Below are positions 34,478-44,782 of a stretch of 64,000 nucleotides of DNA, in pieces. Under the pieces are notes generated by a model, which was given only the letters and a program-made list of their open reading frames with translations, did no database searches and had not been told where the DNA came from. Position numbers and translations under genes: made by a program. The stretch's first letter is position 1, and each line of letters starts with the position of its first letter. Location: assembly GCA_965603365.1 (NCBI GenBank), contig CBFDCR010000010.1, positions 27,425-91,424 of the forward strand, given 5' to 3'. The stretch comes from an uncultured bacterium (GTDB lineage Bacteria; Acidobacteriota; Aminicenantia; UBA2199).

Positions 34478-37400
34478 TCATTGAAATAGTCGGATGATCT
34501 CCTCTTTGCCGAGGTTTTTGAAAATCTTAGCATCGGCGGTGATGAGGTTTTCCACCAGCTCTTTTTTCTGATTTTGCAGTTCCAGCATCTTCTCCTCGAT
34601 GGAATCCTCCACCACCATGCGGTAAACGATCACCCGTTTGCTCTGGCCGATGCGGTGGGAACGGTCGATGGCCTGCGCCTCCACCGCCGGGTTCCACCAG
34701 GGATCGAAGATAATCACGTAGTCCGCCGCCGTCAGGTTGATGGCCACCCCGCCGGCCTTGAGGCTGAGCAGGAAGGCACCGATCTTTTTGTTCTGTTGAA
34801 AGGCCTGGATCATCTTCTGGCGTTTTTTCACATCCACCGAGCCGTCGATATAGGAATAACGGATCTGTTCCCGTTCAAAATAGGCCCGCAGGATCTTTAA
34901 CACCTCCACAAACTGGGAAAAGATCAACACCTTGTGGCCCTCCGTCAGTATATCCTCCATCAGCCCGGTGAAGTGGTCGAATTTTACTGAGGGAGTTTTT
35001 TCATATTCCTTCCGTACCAGTTGGGGGAAGAGGCACAATTGCCTTAACCGCAGCATGCCTTCCAGGATCTTCATCGACGATTGGGCCACCCCCCTGACAT
35101 CGATCTCCCTGTCGATTTCTTCTCGATAATAGGCAGCCAGTTGGGCATACAACCGGAGCTGCTGCTCTTCCATCTTGAGCCTGGTGACGACCTCCGACTT
35201 GGGGGGAAGCTCGGTTTCCACCTGCTCCTTTTTGCGCCGCAGCACGAAGGGAAAGATCATCTGCCGCAACATGTCGGCTCGAACTTTGTCCCTGTGTTTC
35301 TCCAGGGGGACGGCAAACTGGTGTGAAAACCACGGGCGGGTTCCCAGGAAACCGGGAATCAAAAAGTCAAACAGGGACCACAGCTCCAGGCTGCTGTTCT
35401 CCACCGGCGTGCCGCTCAAGGCGAGCCGGTGGCGGGCCGTTAAAATCTTTACCGCCTTGGCCGTCTGGGACGAAAAATTCTTGATGTTCTGGGATTCATC
35501 CAGTACAACGTAATCAAAGTCATAGCCGCTAAACAATTCGATGTCGTTTCTTAAGGTGGCATAGCTGGTGATGAGCAGATCATATTTTTTCCATGACTGC
35601 GAATCCTTTTCCCTGTTTACTCCCAGATGGATGCAGCGGGTTAATTCCGGGGTAAATTTGTCGATCTCAACTTCCCAGTTGGGAATCGCCGAGACCGGGA
35701 CTACCAGGAGACAGGTGGTCAACTCTTTTTTTTCTTTTAAGGACTGCAGCAGCGCCAGGGTCTGCACCGTCTTACCCAGCCCCATGTCGTCGGCCAGGCA
35801 GCCGGCCAGGCCGTAATCGTGGAGAAAATAGAGCCAGCAAAAGCCGGCCTGCTGATAGGGCCGCAGTTCTCCGCTGAATTGCTTCGAAAGTTTATAATCG
35901 GGAATCTTTTTAAATTGTTCCAGTTTTTTGGCCTGCAGCAATTTTTCCTTCAGCCTGGGGATGTCGTCCATCCGTTGATCGTAGAGTGCGTCGATGAGGA
36001 CATAGTTCTCCGAGGGGACGCGAAAAATATGGCCCCGCTGCTCGGCATATTGAGCCAACCGTTCCAATTTGCGGATGTCTTCGGGGGTGACCAGGTGCAG
36101 CATGCCTCCTCGATCGGTGATCATGCGGTTCTCAAAATCCACAGACTCGATTTCCAGGTCTTCGCCGGTGGCCCCGTCCCGGAGCAGAGGCTTAAATTCC
36201 AGCCACTTGATGCCCGAATGGATTTGAATCCATAACTGGCCGCTGCTGTAACCGACAAATCGCTTCCAGCGGGAGTGGTAGATTTTAAACCCTTTTTTCA
36301 AATATTTGGGCCCGCTCTCCACCAGCCAGGTGTACTCGTCCTCCCCGGAAAATTCAAAATAATAGGTGGTGGCCTTACTCCAATAATCGTATTCCATCCC
36401 CACATCCAGCAAGGCATCACTCTTTACAAAATTGATACACGTCTCTTCAAAGGCCCGGTCCCTGTCAAAACCATATATGTGCATCTGCTTTTCGGGATTG
36501 TCTTTTTTAAATTGTTCCACCACGCTGTCGTAGTCGAACTCAATCTCGACCCGTTTTTCCCTATCCCCATAAACATTCGCCTCGAGAATCTTTAAAATCG
36601 GCACAGGCAAAAAAGTGAGCCGGTATTTTTTCAGCAGTTTTGCCTCCACCAGCAGGAATTCCGATTCTACAGCCTTTAGTGCCGCCGACACCTCTTCAAA
36701 ATCATGAAGGTGAAATCCCCGCTGGAAATTCAGGAATCGAAAAAAACGGGAAAGGTGCTCGGGATTTTCGGCAGCGGCGAAGTAGGGCTGCCCGTCGGGG
36801 GTACGCAAAAATATAAACTCCCGGCTGTAATCAACCTGGACCCGGTAGCGATCCGCCGCGTCCAGTATGTCCCCGGTGTCGGTGACGCACGTTAACCAGA
36901 TGTGGAAAAGCGAGTTTTCATACAGAGACGGGGCAAAGCGGACGGTCACTTTTTTCAGTCGGACTTTTTTCAGCGGTAAGTACTGTTTGAGCCGCTCATC
37001 CAACTGGCAAAATGTCAACTCATCGGCTAAGGAGAAAATCTCCCGGGCGATCTTGCCAAAATATATATTTCTGACCGCCTCCATCTTGACGGGATTTTTC
37101 TGCCGTCGGCCGTCTAAGGAAATATGTTGATGCAAAAATTCCTTCAGGGTCTCGGGCATCCCGGTTAAATCGCATTGTTCGATCTGGGAGGGGATGGCCC
37201 TCTTGGGGGCACCCGGCCGGCCGTCCCTTTTAGTCGGGACGACCAGGAACTCGAAGCGGAGGGGCTCGTTTTGCTCATGGGGAATCACCAGGTTCCAGGC
37301 CAGTTTTGCTTTGGGAGGCGGCGGTTTTGCCGTTTCCGGCAGGCTTGCCGGCTGCAAAAGTTTCAGACTATGCCGGGGCGAAGGTAAGATATTGACATCC

Positions 37401-37906
37401 TCATCCATCAGTTTGGGCTTGATTTCCTTAACCCGCACCTCCTGGTTGATGATATCAAAGTCAAAAGCCTCGATTTTCTTTTTATGGGCGACCTCCGCCT
37501 GCTTGTGGTTGTGGATTTCCCGTTTCACCTCTTTGTAGAGATCCTTTACTTTCCCCTCAAGCTTCATGGTATTTTCACAGCGATTATTCAGAAAATAGAC
37601 GGCCGCCCTCATAAAGATGGCCCGGCGCCCCGGGTCGATATTTTTGTCGGTGTAGACGAAGCTGATGGGATCTTTTCGCTCAAAGGCATGATACAGGAAG
37701 AGAATGGCGCCGTAGTGAACCGCCCGGTCATAAAAATCCCGGTAAATATAGAGATAATAATTTTCCCCCATCTCGGCAAAGGCCCCGTACAATATCATCT
37801 TCCGGTAGTCGCTCTTCCGGCCGGCCCCGTGGTAATAGAAGCCGCCGCTCACATTAGCGAATTCCAGCCGAAGCAGCAGTTCTTTGAAATTTCGGTTCAT
37901 CTTCAT
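34478..37906 (-). CDS. SNF2-family helicase with a long N-terminal bacterial SNF2-associated region
   Basis: Motifs are LADDMGLGKTVQTLALL, the DESQNIKN box and helicase-C QAIDRSHRIGQ. The length is 1142 aa. Confidence 0.85.
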   Translation of the reverse strand: MKMNRNFKELLLRLEFANVSGGFYYHGAGRKSDYRKMILYGAFAEMGENYYLYIYRDFYDRAVHYGAILFLYHAFERKDPISFVYTDKNIDPGRRAIFMRAAVYFLNNRCENTMKLEGKVKDLYKEVKREIHNHKQAEVAHKKKIEAFDFDIINQEVRVKEIKPKLMDEDVNILPSPRHSLKLLQPASLPETAKPPPPKAKLAWNLVIPHEQNEPLRFEFLVVPTKRDGRPGAPKRAIPSQIEQCDLTGMPETLKEFLHQHISLDGRRQKNPVKMEAVRNIYFGKIAREIFSLADELTFCQLDERLKQYLPLKKVRLKKVTVRFAPSLYENSLFHIWLTCVTDTGDILDAADRYRVQVDYSREFIFLRTPDGQPYFAAAENPEHLSRFFRFLNFQRGFHLHDFEEVSAALKAVESEFLLVEAKLLKKYRLTFLPVPILKILEANVYGDREKRVEIEFDYDSVVEQFKKDNPEKQMHIYGFDRDRAFEETCINFVKSDALLDVGMEYDYWSKATTYYFEFSGEDEYTWLVESGPKYLKKGFKIYHSRWKRFVGYSSGQLWIQIHSGIKWLEFKPLLRDGATGEDLEIESVDFENRMITDRGGMLHLVTPEDIRKLERLAQYAEQRGHIFRVPSENYVLIDALYDQRMDDIPRLKEKLLQAKKLEQFKKIPDYKLSKQFSGELRPYQQAGFCWLYFLHDYGLAGCLADDMGLGKTVQTLALLQSLKEKKELTTCLLVVPVSAIPNWEVEIDKFTPELTRCIHLGVNREKDSQSWKKYDLLITSYATLRNDIELFSGYDFDYVVLDESQNIKNFSSQTAKAVKILTARHRLALSGTPVENSSLELWSLFDFLIPGFLGTRPWFSHQFAVPLEKHRDKVRADMLRQMIFPFVLRRKKEQVETELPPKSEVVTRLKMEEQQLRLYAQLAAYYREEIDREIDVRGVAQSSMKILEGMLRLRQLCLFPQLVRKEYEKTPSVKFDHFTGLMEDILTEGHKVLIFSQFVEVLKILRAYFEREQIRYSYIDGSVDVKKRQKMIQAFQQNKKIGAFLLSLKAGGVAINLTAADYVIIFDPWWNPAVEAQAIDRSHRIGQSKRVIVYRMVVEDSIEEKMLELQNQKKELVENLITADAKIFKNLGKEEIIRLFQ

Positions 37907-37921
37907 GTCAGAACCGTACCC

Positions 37922-38602
37922 TCAGGCCAGAATAAATTTCCTCAGACCCGCCACGGTCTCGAAGTAGTCCAGGCAGTGGTCTTCCATGTATTTCCGTATC
38001 TGGGGAATCCGGTGGCCCCAACCGGCCGCCACCACGGGAACGCCGGTGGCTTTGGACATCGTTACACCCGGTTTGAGATCGTCCACCACCAGGGCTTCCG
38101 ACGGGTCAAGGTGGTAGGTTTCCAATATCCGTTCCACCGGGAAAGGGCTGGGTTTGCGCTGCTCTTCATTGCTTACCCAGCCGAAGATCATATCCGGCAG
38201 CAGTTCCTCAGATTCTCTATCTTTGCCGTTGGCCCGATAGTGCTTTTCGATGATATCGGACTCCGAATGGGAGACCACGGTGATGATGCCGCCCCGCTGC
38301 CGGTACTCCTGCAGCATCTGCCGAAACCCCGGGAAAAACAGCGGTATGCGGCTTTCGGTAAACCTGCGCCAGACCCGGTATTCGGTCTCCAATTCCGCCC
38401 CTGTCATGCCCAGTTCTTTGCTCAAGTAATTCATGATACCGGGATCAAAATTCTTCAAAAACCAGCCTTCCAGGCTGATCGGCTTCAGGTGGGGCCGCAT
38501 CAATCGCATGGCCTCCAGGTGGGCCGGATAGTGCACCTGGAGGGTGCTCTCCACCGCCGTATCGTCATGATCCAGGATCAAACACTTATACCGAAGTTCC
38601 AC
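37922..38602 (-). CDS. HAD-superfamily hydrolase
   Basis: The motif I-like sequence is CLILDHDDTAV, and a late VVDDLKPG motif is present. The length is 226 aa. Confidence 0.7.
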   Translation of the reverse strand: MELRYKCLILDHDDTAVESTLQVHYPAHLEAMRLMRPHLKPISLEGWFLKNFDPGIMNYLSKELGMTGAELETEYRVWRRFTESRIPLFFPGFRQMLQEYRQRGGIITVVSHSESDIIEKHYRANGKDRESEELLPDMIFGWVSNEEQRKPSPFPVERILETYHLDPSEALVVDDLKPGVTMSKATGVPVVAAGWGHRIPQIRKYMEDHCLDYFETVAGLRKFILA

Positions 38603-38696
38603 ATCCTATTTTACACCATTCCCCTCTCCTTGTAAAACAATATTCAAACCTGTAATAAGATTTGTAGCTTATTTCCAAAAAAAGATGAAGATACCC

Positions 38697-38745
38697 GGAC
38701 ATGAACCCCCTGCTCCGCCGAAGTATTAAGGCGGCATCTGCATCA
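38697..38745. repeat. dispersed 49-bp repeat, copy B
   Basis: GGACATGAACCCCCTGCTCCGCCGAAGTATTAAGGCGGCATCTGCATCA lies in the HAD-recN intergenic region. A shorter degenerate third copy (CGCCGAAGTATTTAAG) is at 33703..33718. Confidence 0.7.
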
Positions 38746-38784
38746 AGGGGGGTGGTAAAATGTCCGATGATGAGTCAAAAATTA

Positions 38785-40407
38785 TTAGACTTTTCTCTTT
38801 TGCAGGAGGTTGTGGGCGGCTTTGTAGACGTCTTCGTTGACGGCACTGCCGGCCATCAGGCGGGCAATCTCGGAGATCCGTTCTTCATCGCTTAATTCCC
38901 TGGTGGAACTGAAGGTCTGGTCGTTATTAAATTCCTTGTTGATCAAGAAATGGCGATCGGCAAAGGAGGCAATCTGCGGCAGGTGGGAGATGCAGATCAC
39001 CTGGTTGGCGGCGGCGATCTTTCTCAATTTTTCCCCCACAAACTCGGCAGTCTTGCCGCCGATACCGGAATCGATCTCGTCGAAAATATAGGTGGAGAAT
39101 CGCTTGTCGTCGATCAACGATTTTAATACCAGCATCAACCGGGACATCTCGCCGCCGGAAGCCGCATCCTGAATCCGGGCCGGTTCCTGGCCGGGATTGG
39201 AGGTGAAATAAAATTCGATCCGGTCGGTCCCCCTGTCGGACACATTCCGGGCAGTCGGCTCGACCTCATCGATCCGGACCACGAACCTGGCCTTCTCCAT
39301 CTCCAGCCGGGACAACTCGTCCCCGATCACCCGGCCTAAGTCCGCTGCCTTTTGCCGCCGCTTCTCCCGCAGGGCACTATTCAACTCTTTATAGCGTACC
39401 AATAGCTGCTCCATCTCCTTCTGTTTGTCCTGAACAGAAAACTCAAGATTCAGCAGCGCCTCCCGTTCCCGGGCCAGCGCCTCCCGTCGGTCCAGCAATT
39501 CATCCAGGCTAAGCCGGTACTTCGCCTTCAGCCGATTCAGCCCCGACAGCGTATCCTCGACTTTACTCAATTCCTCTTCATCGTATTCCACGCCGCCGAT
39601 AATGTTGGATAGAGTGGCCGAAAGTTCGGGCAGGAGGCGGTAAAACCGGTCGATCTCATCAGCAAAGGCAGAGAGTTCCGGATATATGCCCTGCAAAAAG
39701 CGAATGTCCTTTTGCAGGTCGGCAGTGGTATTGTAAATCGATTCTTCCTTCTGGTAAAAATCGTCCACCAGTTTGTTGGCCGACGAGAGAATTTCTTCGG
39801 CCGAAGTGAGTATTTTATACCGCTGCTCCACCTGCTCGTCGTCCCCCTTTTTCATCTCCAGTCCATCGATCTCGGAGATTTGAAAGGAGATAAAATCCAG
39901 TTTCTCATTCACCTCTTTGCTCTTTTGCCGCAATTCGTCCAGTTCTTTACCGGATCGTTTCAACTGTTGGTATACCCCGGATAACTCATTTAACAATTCC
40001 CGGCTGCGGGCAAATTGATCCAGATAGAGGCCGTGATTCGCCGGGTTGAGCAAGAACACATGTTCGCTCTGGCCGTAAATGGTGAGCAGCGTCAGGGCCT
40101 TTTCTTTTAGCTTTTCAAAGGGGATCAGGTCGCCGTTGAAAAATGACAGGGTCTTGCGCCGGCCCATTTCACGCCGAAAAATAAACTCCTCTTCACCGCC
40201 GCTAAATTGGGCCTCCACGATCAACTGGTCTTTGCCGTTGCGGATGGCGTTTTCCGCTATCCGGGGTTTTAAAAACAGGGAGATGGCATCGACCAGAATG
40301 GATTTTCCGGCACCGGTCTCACCGGTAAAGACATTAAGCCCCGGGGAGAAGCAGATCTCCACCTTCTCCACCACGGCAAAATTCTCGACCCTCAAGTAGG
40401 ACAGCAT
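38785..40407 (-). CDS. recN: DNA repair protein RecN
   Basis: The N-terminus is LRVENFAVVEKVEI.F.PGLNVFTGETGAGKSILVDA. A central coiled coil and a C-terminal ASGGEMSRLMLVLK signature are present. Confidence 0.9.
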   Translation of the reverse strand: MLSYLRVENFAVVEKVEICFSPGLNVFTGETGAGKSILVDAISLFLKPRIAENAIRNGKDQLIVEAQFSGGEEEFIFRREMGRRKTLSFFNGDLIPFEKLKEKALTLLTIYGQSEHVFLLNPANHGLYLDQFARSRELLNELSGVYQQLKRSGKELDELRQKSKEVNEKLDFISFQISEIDGLEMKKGDDEQVEQRYKILTSAEEILSSANKLVDDFYQKEESIYNTTADLQKDIRFLQGIYPELSAFADEIDRFYRLLPELSATLSNIIGGVEYDEEELSKVEDTLSGLNRLKAKYRLSLDELLDRREALAREREALLNLEFSVQDKQKEMEQLLVRYKELNSALREKRRQKAADLGRVIGDELSRLEMEKARFVVRIDEVEPTARNVSDRGTDRIEFYFTSNPGQEPARIQDAASGGEMSRLMLVLKSLIDDKRFSTYIFDEIDSGIGGKTAEFVGEKLRKIAAANQVICISHLPQIASFADRHFLINKEFNNDQTFSSTRELSDEERISEIARLMAGSAVNEDVYKAAHNLLQKRKV

Positions 40408-41708
40408 CAGTCTAATTTATAGGGAGCCAGCAAAGTGTGTAAATTGATCCTGCCGTAACCCATCCGCTCGTCCACCCCCGGCAGTACCGATGCGTTCACA
40501 TCGTCTGCCGTGATCTTGATGAGTTCCATCACCTCGGCGTTGGTCAGAAAGGGTTTGTAAGCCCAGAGGAGAGCCGCCGCTCCGGCCACAAAGGGGGCAG
40601 AAAAGGAGGTGCCCGACTTGTAACCGTAGCGGTCCAGGTATTGCGGGGCAAAGGGAGAATACCAGGCGCCCCTCACCTCGTCCCCCGGGGCCGCCACATC
40701 CACCTGGGGGCCGTAATTAGACCAGGCCGGCACCTGGTCATGGGCATCGGTGGCCGCCACCGCCAGGCAGTATTCATCATAGCCGGCAGGGTAAATCACC
40801 GGTCCCCCCTGGTTACCGGCAGAACCAACAATCACACAGCCCTTCTCAAACGCATAGCGGCAGGCCTCTTCCAGTATAAAACTCGGGCTCCTGCCCCCTA
40901 AGCTGAGGTTGATGACCCGGGCACCGTTGTCGGCGGCAAAACGAATAGCGGCCGCTATATCGAGGTAAGAGCCGGCACCGCTGCTGCGCACACACTTAAT
41001 GGGCATGACCCTGGCGTGCCAGCAGACCCCGGCAATGCCTACGCCATTATCGGTCTGGGCCGCGGCAATGGAGGCCACGAAGGTGCCGTGACCATGGTCA
41101 TCGTAGGCATCGGGACCATCGTTAATAAAATTATAACCCGCCGCCATTTTCCCGGCCAGATCCTCATGGCCCCCGGCCACGCCGGTATCCAGCACCGCGA
41201 TCACCACATCCCCCTCGCCGGTGGTCCAATCCCAGGCCTCGGCGGCCTTGATGTCGCTGCCGGCGCTGCCCTCAAGAGGCGGGTTCTCCCGGAAGAGTTG
41301 ACCGGTGTTAAGCAAGGCGTATTGATACTTAAAATCAGGATCGTTGGGGATGGTTTCGTAAATATAAGCCATATAGTTGAAGGAGACCTTCTCCACCGAT
41401 GCCTCCCGCAGCAGTCGGCCCTTTAAATCTTCCAGGTCGACCCCTTCACCGGTCGCGACCACATAATAGCCTGTATAGGGATGAAATTGTATATCTTGAA
41501 TCTCTTCACCATATCTTTTCACAAATCCCAGGTGGAAATCAGCCATTTCACCGCCTCCGGGGAATCGTTCGGACAATTTTGCCGGGGCGGAAATTTTGAG
41601 AATCAGTTGGCGGCCCTGATACAGATCGTCACCCTCCGTAGGGGCCTCGAACGAAACATTAAAAATAAACATCCCGGCCAGCACGATTAAAAGAATCCTT
41701 TTTGCCAT
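40407..41708 (-). CDS. secreted subtilisin-family (S8) serine peptidase
   Basis: A signal peptide is present. The catalytic triad contexts are VLDTGV (Asp), HGHGTFVASIAA (His) and GTSFSAPFVAGAAALL (Ser). Confidence 0.88.
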   Translation of the reverse strand: MAKRILLIVLAGMFIFNVSFEAPTEGDDLYQGRQLILKISAPAKLSERFPGGGEMADFHLGFVKRYGEEIQDIQFHPYTGYYVVATGEGVDLEDLKGRLLREASVEKVSFNYMAYIYETIPNDPDFKYQYALLNTGQLFRENPPLEGSAGSDIKAAEAWDWTTGEGDVVIAVLDTGVAGGHEDLAGKMAAGYNFINDGPDAYDDHGHGTFVASIAAAQTDNGVGIAGVCWHARVMPIKCVRSSGAGSYLDIAAAIRFAADNGARVINLSLGGRSPSFILEEACRYAFEKGCVIVGSAGNQGGPVIYPAGYDEYCLAVAATDAHDQVPAWSNYGPQVDVAAPGDEVRGAWYSPFAPQYLDRYGYKSGTSFSAPFVAGAAALLWAYKPFLTNAEVMELIKITADDVNASVLPGVDERMGYGRINLHTLLAPYKLD

Positions 41709-41717
41709 GTCGATCTC

Positions 41718-42491
41718 CTAAAATAAGTAAAATGCCTCAATAGAAAAATAGGTCCTGGAGAGGAAATTGGCCCTAACCGCCATCTCCCAGTGACGGCCCA
41801 GTTCAAACCGTGCCCCGGCGCAGACCCCCAGCAGATTTTTCTGCCGGTACTCCAATTCCTGCCGGGCAGAGATATTGCCGATCTCTTCGAACAGGGTCAG
41901 CCGGCCCTTGATCATGTTGAACTGGGGGCCGAAGAAAGGCGTCACCCCCAAAAAACCGTCATACTGAATCAATACATCCAGGGTTCCCTGATAGAAGAAA
42001 TGTTCTTCCGCGGCCGTACCGCCGACAATGGGCAGGCGGATGTCCCATTCATTCGTCAACTGCTTCACATAGATGAATTCCACATTGCCGTGAAAGGAAA
42101 AGTTACCCCAATAAAAGGGCTGCCATTTCAGCACCAGGCCCAAAACCAACGAACCGTTCCACTCCGGCTCCAGGTCCAACGACAGGGGCAGCCGGGTAAC
42201 CAGTACAGGATCGTTAAAATGGGTCAGGCCGTAACCGGCAACCGCTTCCAGGATGAAATTTCGGGAGATCTTCAAATCCAGTTCCAGCAGCAGCGCGCCG
42301 AAGGTAAAGGTGTTTCCCAGCCCTTCTACCCCGGCATCGTCGGCGAATTTCACTTGCGCCCTCTCATAGGAAAAGCGAAGGCCGGTAGAACATTTCGCCC
42401 CCTCCATTTCTTCTATTTCGATGGCAGACAAAGCCCCGGGAAAAGTAAACAAAAAAAGCAGCGATAAAAAGATACTCAACGTTTTGCGCAT
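41718..42491 (-). CDS. outer-membrane beta-barrel protein
   Basis: A signal peptide is present, with an alternating amphipathic pattern and a C-terminal aromatic residue (...EAFYLF). Confidence 0.6.
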   Translation of the reverse strand: MRKTLSIFLSLLFLFTFPGALSAIEIEEMEGAKCSTGLRFSYERAQVKFADDAGVEGLGNTFTFGALLLELDLKISRNFILEAVAGYGLTHFNDPVLVTRLPLSLDLEPEWNGSLVLGLVLKWQPFYWGNFSFHGNVEFIYVKQLTNEWDIRLPIVGGTAAEEHFFYQGTLDVLIQYDGFLGVTPFFGPQFNMIKGRLTLFEEIGNISARQELEYRQKNLLGVCAGARFELGRHWEMAVRANFLSRTYFSIEAFYLF

Positions 42492-42700
42492 GGTTCAAAC
42501 CTCACTGAAATTAGAATATACAGAAATCCCGATCATATGTCAATAAAAATTAGTTAGAAGGAAAGATAAGCTCTGGCGGATGCGGCAAAAAAGATGAAGA
42601 TTAGAATCATAGCCGGAAAAATCATTCCCATTCCCGCCGCATCGGCAAATCGCTGTTCCTTTCCATGATGGAAGGTAACCTGGAAGAGTTAAGGAAATAA

Positions 42701-42740
42701 AAGAAAAGGGACAGGGCGTGGGGCTCTGTCCCTTCTTTTA
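42701..42740 (-). terminator. intrinsic terminator downstream of the S1-Fn3 protease gene
   Basis: GGGACAG (42708-42714) pairs with CTGTCCC (42726-42732). On the minus strand a T-run (TTTTCTTTTATTT) follows, and an A/T tract on each side could allow bidirectional function. Confidence 0.6.
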
Positions 42741-42766
42741 GTTATTAAGTTTCTACTACTCTATCT

Positions 42767-44524
42767 CTACTTGGTCCTGACTGCAAGTACATCGGAACAG
42801 CCTTCACCATAGCTATTGAAAGCACACACCTTGTAGTAGTACCGGGTCTTGCGGGTGAGGCCGGAATCGGTATAGGTGGTCACATCCGCACCTACAGTGG
42901 TCAGCAGGTCGAAGTCTACGCCATTCATGCTTTTGTAGATTTTGAAACCGTCTTCATTATCGGAATTATCCGTCCAGGTCAACATAACCTCATACTTCCA
43001 TGCTTTAGCGGTCAGAGTGGGGGCTGCCGGGGGCTCAGGCGGGCAAACGGGGGTAGTGGCGCTGTCCACATTGGTATAACCGGAATCACCGGCGGAATTG
43101 CGGGCCTTGACCCGGTAATAATAGGTGGTGTTCTCGGCCGCGGTGGTATCGCTGTAGGCAGTTATATTGGCGCCCACAGAGTCGATCTCGTTGAAGTTGA
43201 TACCGTTGGTGCCTCTTTCGATTCTGAAAGAGGCTTCATTGTCAGCGTTATCTGTCCAGGTGAGGTTGATTTGGTCGCAGGCCGCGGCAGTGGCATTCAG
43301 GTTGGTGGGGGCCGCGGGAGGATCCGGCTGTGCACCGCCAATGGCGTCGTTGGGGATAGTAGAACCGAGATCTGAAATGATAGAGGGGATAGGCAGGCCG
43401 CGGTTGGGGCAGGCGGCGCAGTGATGCAGTGACACCACCAGATGATCGGCATTGGCCAGGACCGGAGAACCGGAGCTGCCGCCGGCGGTGTCGGCAAAGT
43501 AGCCGATGTCACCGGGGCCGCCAATGCAGGGGGTCTCGTTGGTGCTGTAGACTTCACAGTAGCCCGATTCGTCGTGAGAGTCGGTGCTGTAAACGGCAAT
43601 CTGCTTGCCGTAGGCATTGGGATGCTGGGGGATGTAGATCCTTTCGTTAATGGTGGGTAGGGAATTTCTAAACTGCATGTAGCCGTAAGAGGAAGTCACG
43701 TTGGAGGGCAGCAATACCAGTGAATAGTCCAGGTCGTAATCGTAGGCTTCCAGTACACCGGAGCTGGCTTCCACCGTCCCGGGACAGGCGCCCCAACTGC
43801 TACAACCGGTACTACAAGTTGCTCCCTCGGCCATGAATTCAAAGTCGGTGTTGCTGGCATCGGTCTGGTTTTCGATACAGTGGTTGTTGGTCATCACATG
43901 GCCTTCGCTGCCCAACAGCCAGCCGGTACAGGCACTGGTGCCGCCGATGAAGAGGCGGCAAACGGCCCTGGCCTTGTCGTACATGGTGCTGGGGTTATAA
44001 CAGGGGGCCCATTCCTTGTCGTCGGTGCCGCAAATCGACTCCAGCCAGGCATCCTCGAAGCCACCCATTTCGGCAAAAGCGGCCTGGATGATGTTGTTCT
44101 CGTAACCCCGGGCCCACTTGTCGATTTCAAAACCCCATCCCCCTTTGGGATTGCGGCTGACCAGTTTCGCAACGGCCATGTCGCCGGGGATGTGGGTGGC
44201 CCAGAATTCACTGATAACCTCTTTACCGCCCATGACCACCTTTCCTTTCTCCCGGAACGTATAGACAAATTTCCCGTCGGGACTGGAAATTTCCAGGTAG
44301 TCGCCGGGAGCCAGGTCGAATTTGGAAAGGTGAATGGCGATATAGCCCGCCTCGGGCCAGTAAAAAGTCTTTTCCCATACTACACCGCCGCCGCCTTTGT
44401 AGGGGTGGGGGGATACGACTTTTTCGTGGACCTCTTCACCAATCTTGATTTTGGCGAAAAGGGTGGGTGAAGAAAATGCGGTTAAACACGCAATGGTGAG
44501 AAACAAAACTAAAAGTTTCCTCAT
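42767..44524 (-). CDS. secreted trypsin-like (S1) serine peptidase with two C-terminal fibronectin type III domains
   Basis: A signal peptide is present. Catalytic contexts are VMTNNHCI (His), DYSLVLL (Asp) and GGSSGSPV (Ser). Two Fn3-like repeats are visible (PPAAPTNLNATAA...YYYRVKA and PPAAPTLTAKAW...YYYKVCA). Confidence 0.8.
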   Translation of the reverse strand: MRKLLVLFLTIACLTAFSSPTLFAKIKIGEEVHEKVVSPHPYKGGGGVVWEKTFYWPEAGYIAIHLSKFDLAPGDYLEISSPDGKFVYTFREKGKVVMGGKEVISEFWATHIPGDMAVAKLVSRNPKGGWGFEIDKWARGYENNIIQAAFAEMGGFEDAWLESICGTDDKEWAPCYNPSTMYDKARAVCRLFIGGTSACTGWLLGSEGHVMTNNHCIENQTDASNTDFEFMAEGATCSTGCSSWGACPGTVEASSGVLEAYDYDLDYSLVLLPSNVTSSYGYMQFRNSLPTINERIYIPQHPNAYGKQIAVYSTDSHDESGYCEVYSTNETPCIGGPGDIGYFADTAGGSSGSPVLANADHLVVSLHHCAACPNRGLPIPSIISDLGSTIPNDAIGGAQPDPPAAPTNLNATAAACDQINLTWTDNADNEASFRIERGTNGINFNEIDSVGANITAYSDTTAAENTTYYYRVKARNSAGDSGYTNVDSATTPVCPPEPPAAPTLTAKAWKYEVMLTWTDNSDNEDGFKIYKSMNGVDFDLLTTVGADVTTYTDSGLTRKTRYYYKVCAFNSYGEGCSDVLAVRTK

Positions 44525-44782
44525 ATTGATACCTCCTTATTGTTGATATTCCTTATAAAAAACACACTCCCTCTGGCACGTTGGCACTGTTAATCGGCTG
44601 AAGAATTTTTCTGTTGCTGTGTGGGTGTGTTTCACTTTGCTTTTTTCCGCTACGGTCTTAAATGGTAAGTAAATAAAATATGGATGTCAATACGCCTAAA
44701 GATGGATTTTTGGTTGTATATTTGTCCCCAAAAAAATGCAACTAAAGTTGTACTTCATCGATGAAAGTTGTATGTTTCCCTT

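Noticed and set aside
33972-37906. SNF2 helicase plus adjacent ATPase, considered as a phage-defence system (DISARM/BREX-like)
   Set aside because: The ATPase is a decayed pseudogene on the opposite strand. No methyltransferase, nuclease, PglZ or DUF1998 partners are present. The helicase architecture fits the common bacterial SNF2-associated/RapA-like type.
37484-38635. 383-aa plus-strand ORF spanning the SNF2 N-terminus and the HAD hydrolase gene
   Set aside because: It is antisense to two well-supported genes and crosses their intergenic gap. It has no RBS and no recognisable domain.
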